A stretch of 64,000 nt of DNA from Malacoraja senta (lineage: Eukaryota). The stretch spans positions 558,001 to 622,000 of the forward strand of contig CM076000.1 of NCBI GenBank assembly GCA_038087875.1. Reading direction: 5' to 3'. Under the pieces are notes generated by a model. The model ran no database searches. It worked only from the letters and a program-made list of their open reading frames with translations, and was not told the DNA's origin. Made by a program: the position numbers and the translations under genes. Of the stretch, positions 50,767 to 63,310 are shown piece by piece. The first letter of the stretch is position 1; the number at the start of each line of letters is the position of its first letter.

Positions 50767-53700
50767 ACATTTCATTGTTCTAAGTGGGGCATATGACAAT
50801 AAAACACACTTGACTTGAAAATAAGCTATATCATGGTAAGGAAAACATTGAAAAGGATTGAGGCGAGGGGAAGAAGGCTAGAGAAAGTAATGTAAAAGAG
50901 GGAGAAATGAAGTGATGAGAGATGGGGGGGAAAGAGGATGGATTCCTTCAGTAAAATTGTAAATAAATTCTACAGACTCCCAACTATTTATGGACAATTG
51001 CTCTACTTTCCATGTCATGCCCATCTTGCCTACATAAAATTACTGCTGTCTATTGCCTTACAATCTTTGTATGTTATAGCATCAAGAGGGACATTATATC
51101 ATACAATTGAGTGTGACAATGAGTATATTCGGATGAATAGCATTATATCTGTATATAATAGTTATATGAAAATATTTACTCTACATGAAGTACCATGCAG
51201 ACAAAAATTGGCACTTGGCAAAATATAATTACAAATTAAGTTAGGACAGATTTGTCAATGATAAATCGTGTTTGATTGCATTGGAGGGATTGGGAGGAGT
51301 GTATTTAATGTGATTTAACAAAAACATTTATGGCAAAAATCAGATCATGGGATTAAAGTGAGAGTGATCCTTGCCTGTTGCATACCCACAAAGTAAGTGG
51401 AAATATTATCAAACTCAAAGAAAGTATTGTGTCCTCCAGATGTTGGAATTTGGATATATTTATGACCTTGAATCGGGTATAGAGACATACCAGGAGACAA
51501 AAGTGTAGTGCATTATGAGAATAGTGATACATTTGAGGACAAGGATCAATTGGTGGTGGACAGTCACATAGCAAATGAATTGTTTAAGCTCTTGGTAGAA
51601 ATGGTGAGACAATTAAAGATTTTTTTAATTTAAATGTTTGGAAACTTGGGAATGTGTGGCATTCACACAAATCTTGAGGGAGATTGTTTAATGTATATAA
51701 CATTTGTGCAATTTATTGAGAGATAATAAAACATCAAGAAAGTTGTGCTATATTGTTATAAAATTAAATTTGGGCCTCATTTGAAATTCACTCTGGGCAC
51801 TGCAGTTTAAGAATGTGAGGCCTTGAGCCTTAATGGGAATTCAAAAATGTAGTTTTATGTCATTGACTATCAAACCCTTGGAGTACCTTTTTACTACTGA
51901 TGTGGAGATTTTCTGGAATAGTATTGAAGAGAGGGGTTTCAATCGTATGGAACCTATCCTGTCTTATTTAGAGCAGAGAAGACATGTTTAAAATCATTAA
52001 TGATTTTGATTACACACATTTAACAGCCTCCATCCCTTCCTGAGGTTATTGTTGGCAACTAGAGGATAAATACCCAAGAGCACGTTTATGGTAAAGGAAT
52101 AAGTGAGTGGGATTAGGTTGATTCAAAAGTCACAATTATTTGAGAATTCTCATTCAGCATCACTAGATCTGAATTCGGATCTGGTTAGGCAAGCCTGAAT
52201 CTAATTTATCTACACATTTTTCCTCTGGTAGATGTTTGAAGTGGATCCAGCAGATCATGAAAAATATAATGGTGATCCAACCCAACCACACCAACTGCAC
52301 ATCATTACCAGAATAAAATGTACTAGGCGGCGTCCCTATTGGGAAAAGAAAATTGTTCATGACCTTGGATTGGATAAGGTGAATTATATTTTGCACGTAT
52401 CCTCTTGTGTTTGCTCATAATACCATGGTCTGTGGTTCGTTAGAGAAGGAGGATTTTTGGATTAAATTTATAGCTATTTAATTGTTTTGGGATTTGTCTC
52501 TTACATAATCCAAATCCACTACTGTTTGATATTTAGTTGCTGCATTCAACCTTTTTCCTCACAATTAGCTAACCGCCTTCCTGACCTTTCAGCCCTACAA
52601 TAAGACCTTTCTACTTAGTCTTCAAAATCCATCTGATACCTTTTGCTGGCACATTAGTAAGCACATATTGGTTCACTCTGGATGAATCAATTCAAAAGTT
52701 ACACTTTACTGCTTTGTTCTGTTTCTTCAATATACAGTTGATTATACTTTTACACAAATAGACACTGCAGAACACGTAGACAAGATTACTACCTTCTTTG
52801 CAAGTTGAAAAGTCTAAATATACCCAATCATTCTCATAGGTCATGCCGTCGTATCGAGTCCACATCACAAGATTAGAAATTGTTCAACCAGAGCTGAACA
52901 AACTTCTCGGCATCTGCATACAATGGCATCTTGCATTTCTTGTGTGTAGTGGTGGAAAGATTGGTGGAAGCAGGGCCACGACATTAACGCTCTTTCCTTG
53001 ACCCCAGGTTATGCCTGATTCTAATAGTTAGCCCTATGGTTATTTCCTGCATAGTCTTCATTGTCCCACTCTCTTATTCTCAGTCATCAGACCAGTAAAA
53101 CCTAGTTGAGCCAGTTAAAACCAGACTGCTCTATTGTTTTAATTAAATTTAACAGCATTTTGTTGGTTTTGTTACGTGCATTGGTTTAACAGTATGAATC
53201 TTTGGGTCCTACACATTACTACTTAAGCTTTTCTAACGATATCCATGGCATACGTTTTGGCAGTTTCTCCTTATGCACAATTATGTAAACTTGATGCATT
53301 ATGTTCGGAGTGCCATTATTCAGCCCACTTGCACTTAGTTCGTTCATTCTTAAATTCAATGGAATAGCCCCCTTGATTTTCCTTCAAATTAAACTACTTC
53401 AGATGGCTCTCGTAATTCCATTGCTGAAGAATTTACCAATTTTCTAATAGACAATAGGCCCTTCGAGCCAGCCTCGCCATTCAATGTGATCATGGCTGAT
53501 CATCCCCAATCAGTACCCCGTTCCTGCCTTCTCCCCATATCCCCTGACTCCACTATCTTTAAGAGCCCTATCTAGCTCTCTCTTGGAAAGTATCCAGAGA
53601 ACCGGCCTCCACTGCCCTCTGAGGCAGAGAATTCCACAGACTCACAACTCTCTGTGTGGAAAAGGGTTTCCTCATCTCCGTTCTAAATGCTTACCCCTTA

Positions 53701-56276
53701 TTCTTAAACAGTGGCCCCTGGTTCTGGACTCCCCCCAACATCGGGAACATGTTTCCTGCCTCTAGCATGTCCAAACCCTTAATAATATCATATTTCAATA
53801 AGATCCCCTCTCATCCTTCTAAACTCCAGAGTATGCAAGCCCAGTCGCTCCATTCTCTCAACATATGACAGTTCCGCCATCCCGGGAATTAACCTGGTAA
53901 ACCTCAATAACAAAAATGTCCTTCCTCAAATTAGGGGACCAAAACTGCACACAATACTCCAGGTGTGGTCTCACTAGGGCCCTATACAACTGCAGAAGGA
54001 CCTCTTTGCTCCTATACTCAACTCCTCTTGTTATGAAGGCCAACATGCCCATTCGCTTTCTTCACTGCCTGCTGTACCTGCATGCTTACTTTCATTGACT
54101 GATGAACAAGGACCCCCAGATCCTGTTGTACTTCCCCTTTTCCCAACTTGACACCATTTAAATAATTGCCTTCCCGTTTTTGCTACCAAACTGGATAACC
54201 TCACATTTATCCACATTAAACTGCATCTGCCCACTCACCTAGCCTGTCCAAGTCACCCTGCATTCTCATAGCATCCTCCTCACCGTTCACTGCCACCCAG
54301 CTTTGTGTCATCTGCAAATTTACTAGTTACTTTGAATCCCTTCATCTAAATCATTGATGTATATTGTAAATAGCTGCGGTCCCAGCACCGAGCCTTGCAG
54401 TACCCCACTAGTCACTGCCTGCCATTCTTGTTATCAAAACATTACCTCGGACTGATTCAGTCGCCTGAGTTACTCCAGCACTTTGTGTTTCAGTGTGCCC
54501 CCTCGGTGACTGGGGCTCCCTCCCCTCTCACCTGGTGCCGCTTCCAAGGTGGAGTATGTTGCTGACTTCGGGGGAGGGAGGAGGGATCGGCAGCGGTGGT
54601 TGGAGGGGGCGACAGTGGTGGGCGGAGAAGGGAGCCGCTGCATCCGACCTTCGTGTTGCTGCTCCCTCATCATCCCCGGATACTCTACCTTGGAAGCAAC
54701 AGGAGGTGAGAGGGAAGGGAACCCCACGGTGACCGAGGGGGCACAATGAAGCACAATATGCTGGTGGAACTCAGCCGCTGAATCACTGAGGAAGGGTCCC
54801 AATGTCACCCATCTGTGGTTTCCAGAGATCCTGACCCACTGAATTACTTCAGCACTTTGTGTCCTTTCGTTGGGTGAAAAAGGGCTTGCTGGTGCATCTT
54901 GTGGGTCGAGAGGTCGGAACTGGGATTATAAACAGGCGGGGAGACAGTGCGAGCTGGGGATAGGTCAACAGCTACATCCACTATATCCGACATCTGTTTT
55001 AAGGGGATCGTTAAAAGAAAAGTTTACCGTATTGTCTTTGTGATCGTTAGAAGAGAAGATTGAGAGCAGAGCTAACTCTTTCATGATGGAGGGACACCAT
55101 CGGAAAGAGCACTCGCTGTCTATTTGGTTATGTTCTGGGTTTGATTTTTGTGCATGTGTACTTTCTTTCAGCATCATTACCAGCATTTCCTTTTCTGCTG
55201 AAATTTAATTACATCTTTTTAGATCTTTGCTCAACTTTGACATGGCTATTTAATGCTAAAGTCCTTGCTCATGGTTATAATTAATCTTCTGCTTAACTAT
55301 TCTTGCAATCACCAACAGCAAGGTAAATATTCATTTAGAATGTGGAATAAATGCAAGAGCTGTCGTTTCTGTCAAGAATTGAAACTTGTAAATCAGGAAT
55401 AAATAGTAGAATTCAAGTTTGTAATCTTAAATGAAGCCATTTAGATTTCTTGAACATTATTGTTGCCCTGATTGCTACCGGAGGAAAACATACCTCAGTG
55501 ACAGGTCAGTTTGCTGCAGATTTTGACCTTACCTACTCAACATAGTGCAGATATTGCGGGGTTTTTTGTGTCATGTTTGTGGACATTTAACAAGAATCTT
55601 ACTAAAGATTGCGTACCTGCTAACACAAAATGGTACAATGTTTTACATTTATAACACCTTAGCTAGGTCTGATAAACAACCTACCCTTCCCAGAAACAGA
55701 TTATTTTTTAAATGATTTTTCAATTTATCTAATGCTTGGCTGTTTTTATTGCTGTAAGACTTGCTATTAGATCTTGTACAGAATACTCTAATTCAAATTC
55801 GCCACTTGAATTTGGTTATGTATGCTAACGCATGCTACTACTGAGATAATGTATGCAATTGGAAGTTCATAGGCAGGCAAGTTTTGTGCAATCAAAGTTC
55901 CAAAAAGCATGAGAAATTTCTTGGATGTATTTCAACTGACTTGGTTACCTTATTTTTGTAAATTTCAAATTCTCTTACCAGGCATATCATCCACAGATCC
56001 ATAAAAATGTTCCCTCAGTCAATAGTAAACTGAAAGTCATCAAGCATCTTATTAGGTATGTGCTTACAAACATGGTGAAAATTACTTTGTCATAAGTTTA
56101 AATGTTTACTAAAATGTAGTGACAATGTTTTGTGTATTTCCAGAGTGCAACCTCTGAAACTACCACAAGGGCTACCAACAGAGCAGGAACTAGCAGACAC
56201 TTGCCTGAACAGCAGAGGGGAATTGATAATAAGACGACACCTTCAACCGCTGAAGCAAATAAGTCATGAATCTTAA
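47048..56276 (+). CDS. MRPL30: Mitochondrial ribosomal protein uL30m; coding exons 47048-47130, 52232-52378, 55982-56055, 56144-56276 (start exon not located)
   Basis: Spliced translation ...[99 protein letters not shown]...HES*. All GT-AG junctions with consistent phases; AATAAA at 56295. Confidence 0.95.
47447..50817 (+). mobile_element. Decayed near full-length Rex1/Babar LINE, split at 50076-50564
   Basis: CAAGATGGCG 5' end, [16 protein letters not shown] and APGPDGIPG; 3' GACAATAAAAC...CTTGACTTGA. Confidence 0.88.
50076..50564 (-). mobile_element. Rex1 3' fragment inserted antiparallel into a same-family copy
   Basis: TCAAGTCAAG tail at 50076; ORF 50240-50572; the host LISP|PS.RRYRSL coding sequence is interrupted. 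Confidence 0.85.
53450..54427 (-). mobile_element. CR1 3' fragment
   Basis: [26 protein letters not shown]1 3' UTR. Confidence 0.87.
54463..54865. mobile_element. Inverted-repeat element built on Penelope pLTR sequence with a GC-rich spacer
   Basis: Imperfect inverted arms of about 50 bp (54463-54515 and 54722-54776), including TGTGCCCCCTCGGT / ACCGAGGGGGCACA. Confidence 0.55.
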
Positions 56277-57714
56277 ATTGCTGCTTGTACGTGAAATAAA
56301 TGTTAGTTGGTTTCTAAAAATTGAAGTTTTCTCATATAATTTAAAAAAATACTGGCCAAATCTCACATTCTCCATTGCAGCTAGCTGTAGAGGGGGGGGG
56401 AGGGAGAAAAGGAAAACAGACAGGTTTTCTCCACTGTACTAGTCCCCCCCTTTCATATTTGTGTTGTCTTAACACTTGTTTCTCAGTTTCCATTTTTCTG
56501 ATTCCTTATGTCCCCTAACCATACTTTGTCCTCCACTTGGACACTGTTTCTTGACGATACAGGAAAGCAGTTAGATTTATATCTAACTAGACCAAGGGGG
56601 ACCCGTTGGGGCCCATCCCCTCAACACGTGGTTGCAGTGGGGGGGGGGGGCGGCCTGCTGTGTCACACACACTGTCCACCCCCCCCCCCACACACACACA
56701 CTAACCACCCCCCCACACACACACTAACCACACCCTTGATATTATATGAATATTATTCATTGGCTCCTTTTACCCCATCCCCGCCCTATCTCGAGGGGCA
56801 GAGAGAGTGGGGCAGAGAAAGAGAGAGAGGGGGGGGGGGAGGACGAGGGGGAAGGGGGGGGGGAGAGGAGGGGAAGGGAGGGAGAGGGGCAAGGGGAAGA
56901 GAGGAGAGAGGGGTGAGGAGGGGGTGGGGAAAGAGGAGGGGGGAGAGGACAGCGCGGACTTGTATTCGGTGGGCCTCGGAACCTCGCGGGACCTCTGAAG
57001 CCCAACCAAATTACTGCGTGGTCAGCGGCTTTAATCCAGAGCCGGGGGGGGGGGGCAGGGCGCTGCGGACGGCCGGCTCTGAGTGCGAGTCGACTGCGGG
57101 AGGCGACAAAAACACTGCCCAGCAGGCTGCGCTTTGAAAACTATGCGTAGCTGGACGCGAGGAGCAGCCATTGTGACATCATCCGCTCGTTAGCTTTAAA
57201 AAATATCTCAGATTTGTGAACAATTTGAAGAAATAACTCAGGAAATTAATCAAATTTTCAGATGAGGCGATTTTTGAGATCATGAGGTAAACCTCTATCG
57301 GAATATGTAAAAGTTTCACCGTTAGCGTGTCGTGTTTTCGAGGAATTGTGAATCACAGACTAACAAGACACACATACACAAATAAATATGTCCACATCCA
57401 AGATCAGAATTTTATAAGTATACTAGACTAAGTGGACCCGTTGGGTCCCATGTTCACCCAGGAGGGCTGGTCCCCCGACGCAATATTCCACCTCTCCACC
57501 AATTCCAATATTGGTGGCCAGTGGGGGGGGGGCGGCTTTCTGGAGCGCTGGTATGGGTGTTGTTGGCTGCAGGGACTACTGGTCTCCAGAGGGCTAGTAT
57601 GGACATTGTGGGCCAAATGGATTCTTGGGGTGGCAGCTCAGTCCCTCAAGCCTGATGTGCTGGCAGCTCACTCACGGCTGGTGGGCTGGCAGTTGACTCA
57701 CGGTTATTCCTTGA

Positions 57715-58110
57715 AATTCCATTTCAAGCAGAGTGCAAGGCCACCAAATTCAAATCCATTTTCCTACCAATTCAAGCAGGGTGCAGGGCCACCAAATTCA
57801 GGTTCAGTTTCCTACCACTTCAAGCAGGGTGCAAGGCCACCAAATTCAAGTGCAGTTTCCAACCACTTCAAGCAGGGTACAAGGCCACCAAATTCACGTG
57901 CAGTTTCATACCACTTCAAGCAGGGTGCAAGGCCACCAAATTCAAGTGCAGTTTCATACCATTTCAAGGAGGGTGCAAGGCCACCAAATTCAAATGCAGT
58001 TTCATACCATTTCATGCAGGGTGCAACAACAACACATTCAGATGTAGTTTCATACCATTTCGTGCAAGGCCACCACATTCAAATGCAGTTTCATACTATG
58101 TCAAGCAGGG
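57715..58110. repeat. 48-bp minisatellite inside the Helitron
   Basis: Unit CAAGCAGGGTGCAAGGCCACCAAATTCAAGTGCAGTTTCATACCACTT. Confidence 0.92.
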
Positions 58111-58482
58111 TTAAACCACCATAAAAACACACAAAACACCACACTCACAGTTCAGTAGACATTCAGTGTGTTCAGTTGATTCACAGCTCAGTCGTGACCT
58201 CTCCCTCCCCCATCATGCAGAGACTGAGCCACACCCACATTTCTGGGTTTTATAATCCCTCCCCTTCACACTGGAAAAGGTGTGGCCTTCATGGCGTGAT
58301 TGACAGGGGATTCTCAACATTTTTTAAACACTAATAACACTTTTGTTTTTCATTGATGGGAAGAATCCTCTGCACCTGATGAGCGGAGGTGAACTGAGTA
58401 AGATGGCCAAAAATCACGGCCGTAAGTGGTAGCGTTTTATCTAAAATCAATATAGTGCAAACAGGAAGTTGTCAAGTTTAGA

Positions 58483-58930
58483 CAAACAACCATTTGCAGG
58501 CAGTGCCTTTTCACTTCAACCCAACCCCCCCAAACAACCATTTGCAGGCAGTGCCTTTTCACTTCAACCCAACCCCACGCCCCCTCCCCCCTCAAACAAC
58601 CATTTGCAGGCAGTGCCTTTTCACTTCAACCCAACCCCCCCCAAACTACCATTTGCAGGCAGTGCCTTTTCACTTCAACCCAACCCCCCCAAACAACCAT
58701 TTGCAGGCAGTGCCTTTTCACTTCATCTCAACCCCCCCAAACAACCATTTGCAGGCAGTGCCTTTTCACTTCAACCCAACCCCCCCCCCCAAACAACCAT
58801 TTGCAGGCAGTGCCTTTCCACTTCAACCCAACCCCCCCAAACAACCATTTGCAGGCAGTGCCTTTCCACTTCAACCCAACCCCCCCCAAAACCATTTGCA
58901 GGCAGTGCCTTTTTACTTCAAACCAACCAT
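58483..58930. repeat. Minisatellite of about 48 bp inside the Helitron
   Basis: Unit CAAACAACCATTTGCAGGCAGTGCCTTTTCACTTCAACCCAACCCCCC. Confidence 0.92.
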
Positions 58931-59670
58931 ATTTTCATTTTCAAACCACATTAAGGGCACTCACAGTTGAGTAGACATGTGTTCAGTGTTATTCAGAGCT
59001 CAGAGACATGAACCTCTCGCTTCCTCCATCTTGCAGAGACTGAGTGAGGCACACCACTTCCTGGTTTTATAGTCCCTCCCCCTCCCTCCAGCAGGGGCAG
59101 CAGAAAGAATGGCAATTTTTTTAAAAACATTAATATCTCTCTGATTTTTCATTGATGGGAAAAATCCTCCGGTCCTGGAAGGCGGAGGGAGGCTCTGAGC
59201 GAGGTGGCCAAACATGACGGCCGTAGGTGGCGTCTTTCTCTCGGAAATCACAGCAGAGCGAGCCAAAAGCGGTCAAGATCAGACTTTTAGTAATATAGAT
59301 AAAGTAAGGCAGAGTAAGACACCGGTGGAAATTAGTGATAGTATTCGCAAGTGGTTAGAAGCACAACCCCTCTCAAGCAAGATCCATAAAGAGAAACTGT
59401 TCCAATGGGAAACATGCTGCATATCTCAGCAGTCAATTCTTAGGAATGGCAGACATTGATAATGCATGCCTTCTGATGCACCAACACCTCACCCGGCATC
59501 AAACTTGCAGTCAAAATGGTTGTAGTTTGTAATTTTCTGTGACTAGATGTGTGATGTATAGAAGACATCTCAGGGCACTGGCCAGGTACCACCAATGCTG
59601 CCTCCACAAAGTCATTCAAAACCACTGTCAAGATAAGTGAGGCAACAGTTGTGTAATTTATAAAATAAAG

Positions 59671-60129
59671 CAGGGGTTGGTAACCTGTGGCCCTCGGACC
59701 GAATGCGGCACGTAACCCGAAATCATCCGGCCCGCAGGCGGATTTTGTTTCCCGTATTCATCTGGCCCGCTGAGTGTCCGCCCCAAGCGGGGCCGAGCTC
59801 TGGCTGTACCACATCCTGTGCAAAGCCAACGGCACGGCCGTGCACCTTCTGTGAACACGTTTAAGAAAGAACTGCAGATGCTGAAAAAATCGAAGGTAAA
59901 CAAAAAGGCTGGAGAAACTCAGCGGGTGAGACATGCAAGGATTGCATGAGGCTGCTTCACCCGCTGAGTTTCTCTAGCATTTTTGTCTACCTCTGAACAC
60001 GTGATTTGATGCCTGACATCCGGGGCGGGATGGGGGAGGGATCAATGTGTACACGTGATAGATGTGGCCTGCCATCCGCTCACAGACATGCATCCCGGCC
60101 CCTATGCAGAACAAGGTTGCCGTCCCCTA
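59671..60129. mobile_element. hAT-family MITE with 8-bp TSD; contains a Penelope-derived palindrome at 59861-59990
   Basis: TIRs CAGGGGTTGGTAACCT / AGGTTGCCGTCCCCTA; TSD AAATAAAG at 59663-59670 and 60130-60137. Confidence 0.85.
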
Positions 60130-60717
60130 AAATAAAGGGAATGATCGTGTATGATTCTTTATTGGATGCCTGAACCAAGAAGTCTACTCTGAGCTCTGTC
60201 ACAGTATGCTACTCCACAAGGCACAGTTGACCAACATTTTACTGATGGATGCTATTTCCGAGCCTCAAGTTGCTCAATGTGTCGGGAGCATCTGAGAAGC
60301 CATCATGTAATTTTTGAGCATCTCAAACAAAATGATAGGAATTAGAAGACCAAGTATATCAACCGAAGGGCCATTCAAAAACCCAATCAATACTTCATCC
60401 TCCCCATCCTGGCTGTCTGTCGTGGCACTCTGTAGATTTCACACTAAACTCTCATTTTAGAACTGCACTGAACCAAAACATCCTGAAACTAATGTGACTG
60501 CAGCAAAGCACATAAATTACGAATAATTTTCAGCTTAATTCGTGGAACTACATTCTAAGTATCTGCCTAACAGTTATCATCCTTCAAGTCATCATTTTCA
60601 ATTGCAATAATAATTTCTTTTTTATTAGTCTATGAAAATTGATGAGTAATTACTGAAATTAAAGTTTAACAATTAATGCATAAAAGATTCTGCAACTCAA
60701 GAAACATGCTTAACAAT

Positions 60718-63310
60718 CTAATCATCATCTGAATCCGAATCGTTCTTTCTTCTAATTGTTCTTTTATCCATCTTTGTGATACTTCCACTTTTTTTTTGCA
60801 TCTGAAAAGGTGGTTCCATCAGATTTCCACTAAGAAAAAACAGTCAAACATTAATTTGTTTATAATCAATTCTTTAATTTATTTCAATAAAGCCCAATGA
60901 CAAACTCCTGTAGGGAATTCTATCTCACACTTTTGAGAAAGATATGCCTGGATTTTAGTGAAGAGAAATAAAATTACAGTAACATTTAAAATATTCTGAA
61001 TTAGCTGTGGGCAGGTGGCAAAGCAAGAGACGAGCAGTATGGAATTAAGTACTATTGATGAGACAATGGCAAGTGATTAATGGAATACCTAGCCAATTGT
61101 TGGAACACCAAATCTTGTAAAAATAAACTAACAGACATTACGTAGATAAACTGTATGTAAATAATGAGATAAGAGTATCATGGATCAAAATTGGCAATTT
61201 AACTTAAGTAATCTAACTGAACAAATATAATACAGAACTGTTCCATCCATACCAATTTCAATTAATTCTTAGCCTGCCAATTGTCACTCAACACCTATGA
61301 CTGAAGGATAGCGCTCTCATATTTTAATTATATTCATAACTGTTTTAAACCAAAGTTTTAGTTATCGTTGAATATGGACATAAAACATTTATTGGACTTA
61401 AAAAAAAAAAGATCTGGTGTCTGACCCAACATTTCTCCCTCAACCTATAAAGCTAAAAAATGATTACCCAGTCATTGTCTAATACCTGGTAGACACAAAA
61501 TGTTAGAGTAACTCAGCATCTCTGGAGAATAGGAATGGGTGACTTTTCGGGTCGAGACCCTTCTTCAGACTATTTCCTATTACTTGGACCTGTGTTTGTG
61601 CAAAGTAACTGCTGCATTTTCTACCGTTTACAACTGTGCCTCTGCTTCAGAATAATGCAGTTGAATGCAGCTATTCAAAAGTGATTAAAATTAGAAGGCA
61701 GATTTCTAACAGAACAGAATTGACCTTCTTTGCCCCAAGTGATGGTATTTTTACAGCCAATTACAGAGTCAGCTTATGTTAAAATACATTAGAAATATTA
61801 TTTTAAAACTACAAACCATGTAGTCAAAGCAAACAAGAATTGCAAAATATTTGTCTCATTGAAAATTGTAAATTATACCAATGTACCTGAATGACAAAAT
61901 AATGAGCTTACCTGTAGTTAATGATGGCAGCACAACCCAATCTCCATTCCAAAGTCTCTGTAGTGAAGTTATCAGTGCAACCAAGGTCATCAAACCCAAC
62001 AATGTAATCTTTTGCTTTACCATCTTTCACCAAAACCATTGTTGGAATTATTTTGATTCGTAATTTCTCCGAAAGGAAAGGAGCCTTCTCTGCATTTAAT
62101 TTAATAAACTTGGTTTCAACGTGCTTTTTAGCCAGAATAGTCAAGTGTTTGTCTACTATCTTGCATCTGTACATGAGAGAATAAATTGAATTTACATCAT
62201 TTTAGGCATGTATTGGTCATTTATATATATAGAAATATTTAGCAAATGGGAAAACTTATCATAATTTATCAGTACAAAATGGTGATTCAATAGTTAACGA
62301 AAATTGCAGCGTTTTAGAATAGTAGTTTTGGAATTTTTATCTGGATTACTGCTAATGTGCTAACTCATAATCATCAATTAGAAGATTAGCTGTACCGCAC
62401 AAACTGCATTATGACAATGCAAAGTGCAGCATTAACAGACTTTCTAAAATGAGCACAAATTTTGATTGTAGAATCAGCAAATTAATTCACATTATTTTAG
62501 AGGAATAATAATGTTGCATTATATTTTAATTCATAATTTAAGATACATCAAATAGAATTCATGCATTCTTAATGGCATTTATAATTATCCTATCTCCAAG
62601 CTCAACAAACAACTGCTTTGTTATCTTTCTGTACAAAATGGGGTTCCTCACCTAAATGCGGTATCTCTATAAAAATGGCACACCACATTTTCACTCTCCT
62701 TAACCTCTTGAAAAAAATCTTTTTCACTGGGAATCTCCCTGTATTCACCATGTCCCTTTGAAAGCCATTCCTGCAGACAAATGGAAGGCAAAATTAGAAA
62801 AATAGTATAGTTTGTCAAAAAAAAAGAAATATTAAAATCAAGCCAATTTGAAGGGACTCAAGCCCTGTGATCCACTTGCTTTAAAATTAAATCAATTCAT
62901 CATAATATATTGAATTATACTTTACCTTCAAGAACAAATGTTAAAAGTTATTTCCTTCCCTGACATATATAAACACAGTAAATTTTTGCATTTAGGATAA
63001 ATGTTCCATCTACCAGTAAAATTAATGTAATTTTCTTTAGCACTAATTACTGCCTAATTTGCCTAAACAGTTCCATTCAGTACAAAAATGATCAAAATGT
63101 TTATTTTGTGAAAGTTTCCACCTGCTTCTGAAGTTGTGCTTTTTTCATTGATTCCAGCCTTCTTTCTCGAAGTTTCTCCAGTTCTTCTCCACCCATCTTT
63201 TCATATTTTTCAATCTCTGTATCTAGATGTTGTTCAACTATTTCTGTTGTTTGCAGCATTTGCTGCTCAAGGACTTTGCTGAGCATATCCATCGAGGGGT
63301 TACTTGCCAT
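60718..63310 (-). CDS. TXNDC9: Thioredoxin domain-containing protein 9 (phosducin-like), 224 aa; exons 63310-63122, 62770-62652, 62166-61912, 60829-60718
   Basis: [15 protein letters not shown]...[23 protein letters not shown]...[17 protein letters not shown]...[10 protein letters not shown]...LEWRLG...|GNLMEPPF...DSDSDDD*. Canonical splice sites; 189+119+255+112 nt in frame. Confidence 0.97.
61490..61572 (-). ncRNA. Penelope pLTR remnant with minimal hammerhead core (61538-61571) in a TXNDC9 intron
   Basis: Minus strand AGT-CTGAAGA-AGGG-TCTCGA-CCC-GAAA-AGTC-ACC. Confidence 0.65.

Larger units (their letters stand above)
56587..59299 (-). mobile_element. Composite non-autonomous Helitron
   Basis: Minus strand starts A|TCTATATTACTAAAAG and ends GGGCCCCAACGGGTCCCCCTTGGTCTAG|T (hairpin + CTAG, AT target, no TSD). 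A second hairpin + CTAG end lies at 57423-57448. Confidence 0.85.

Noticed and set aside
57432..58970. ORFs with 16-aa repeats
   Set aside because: Translations of 48-bp minisatellites inside a non-autonomous Helitron; no evidence of coding.
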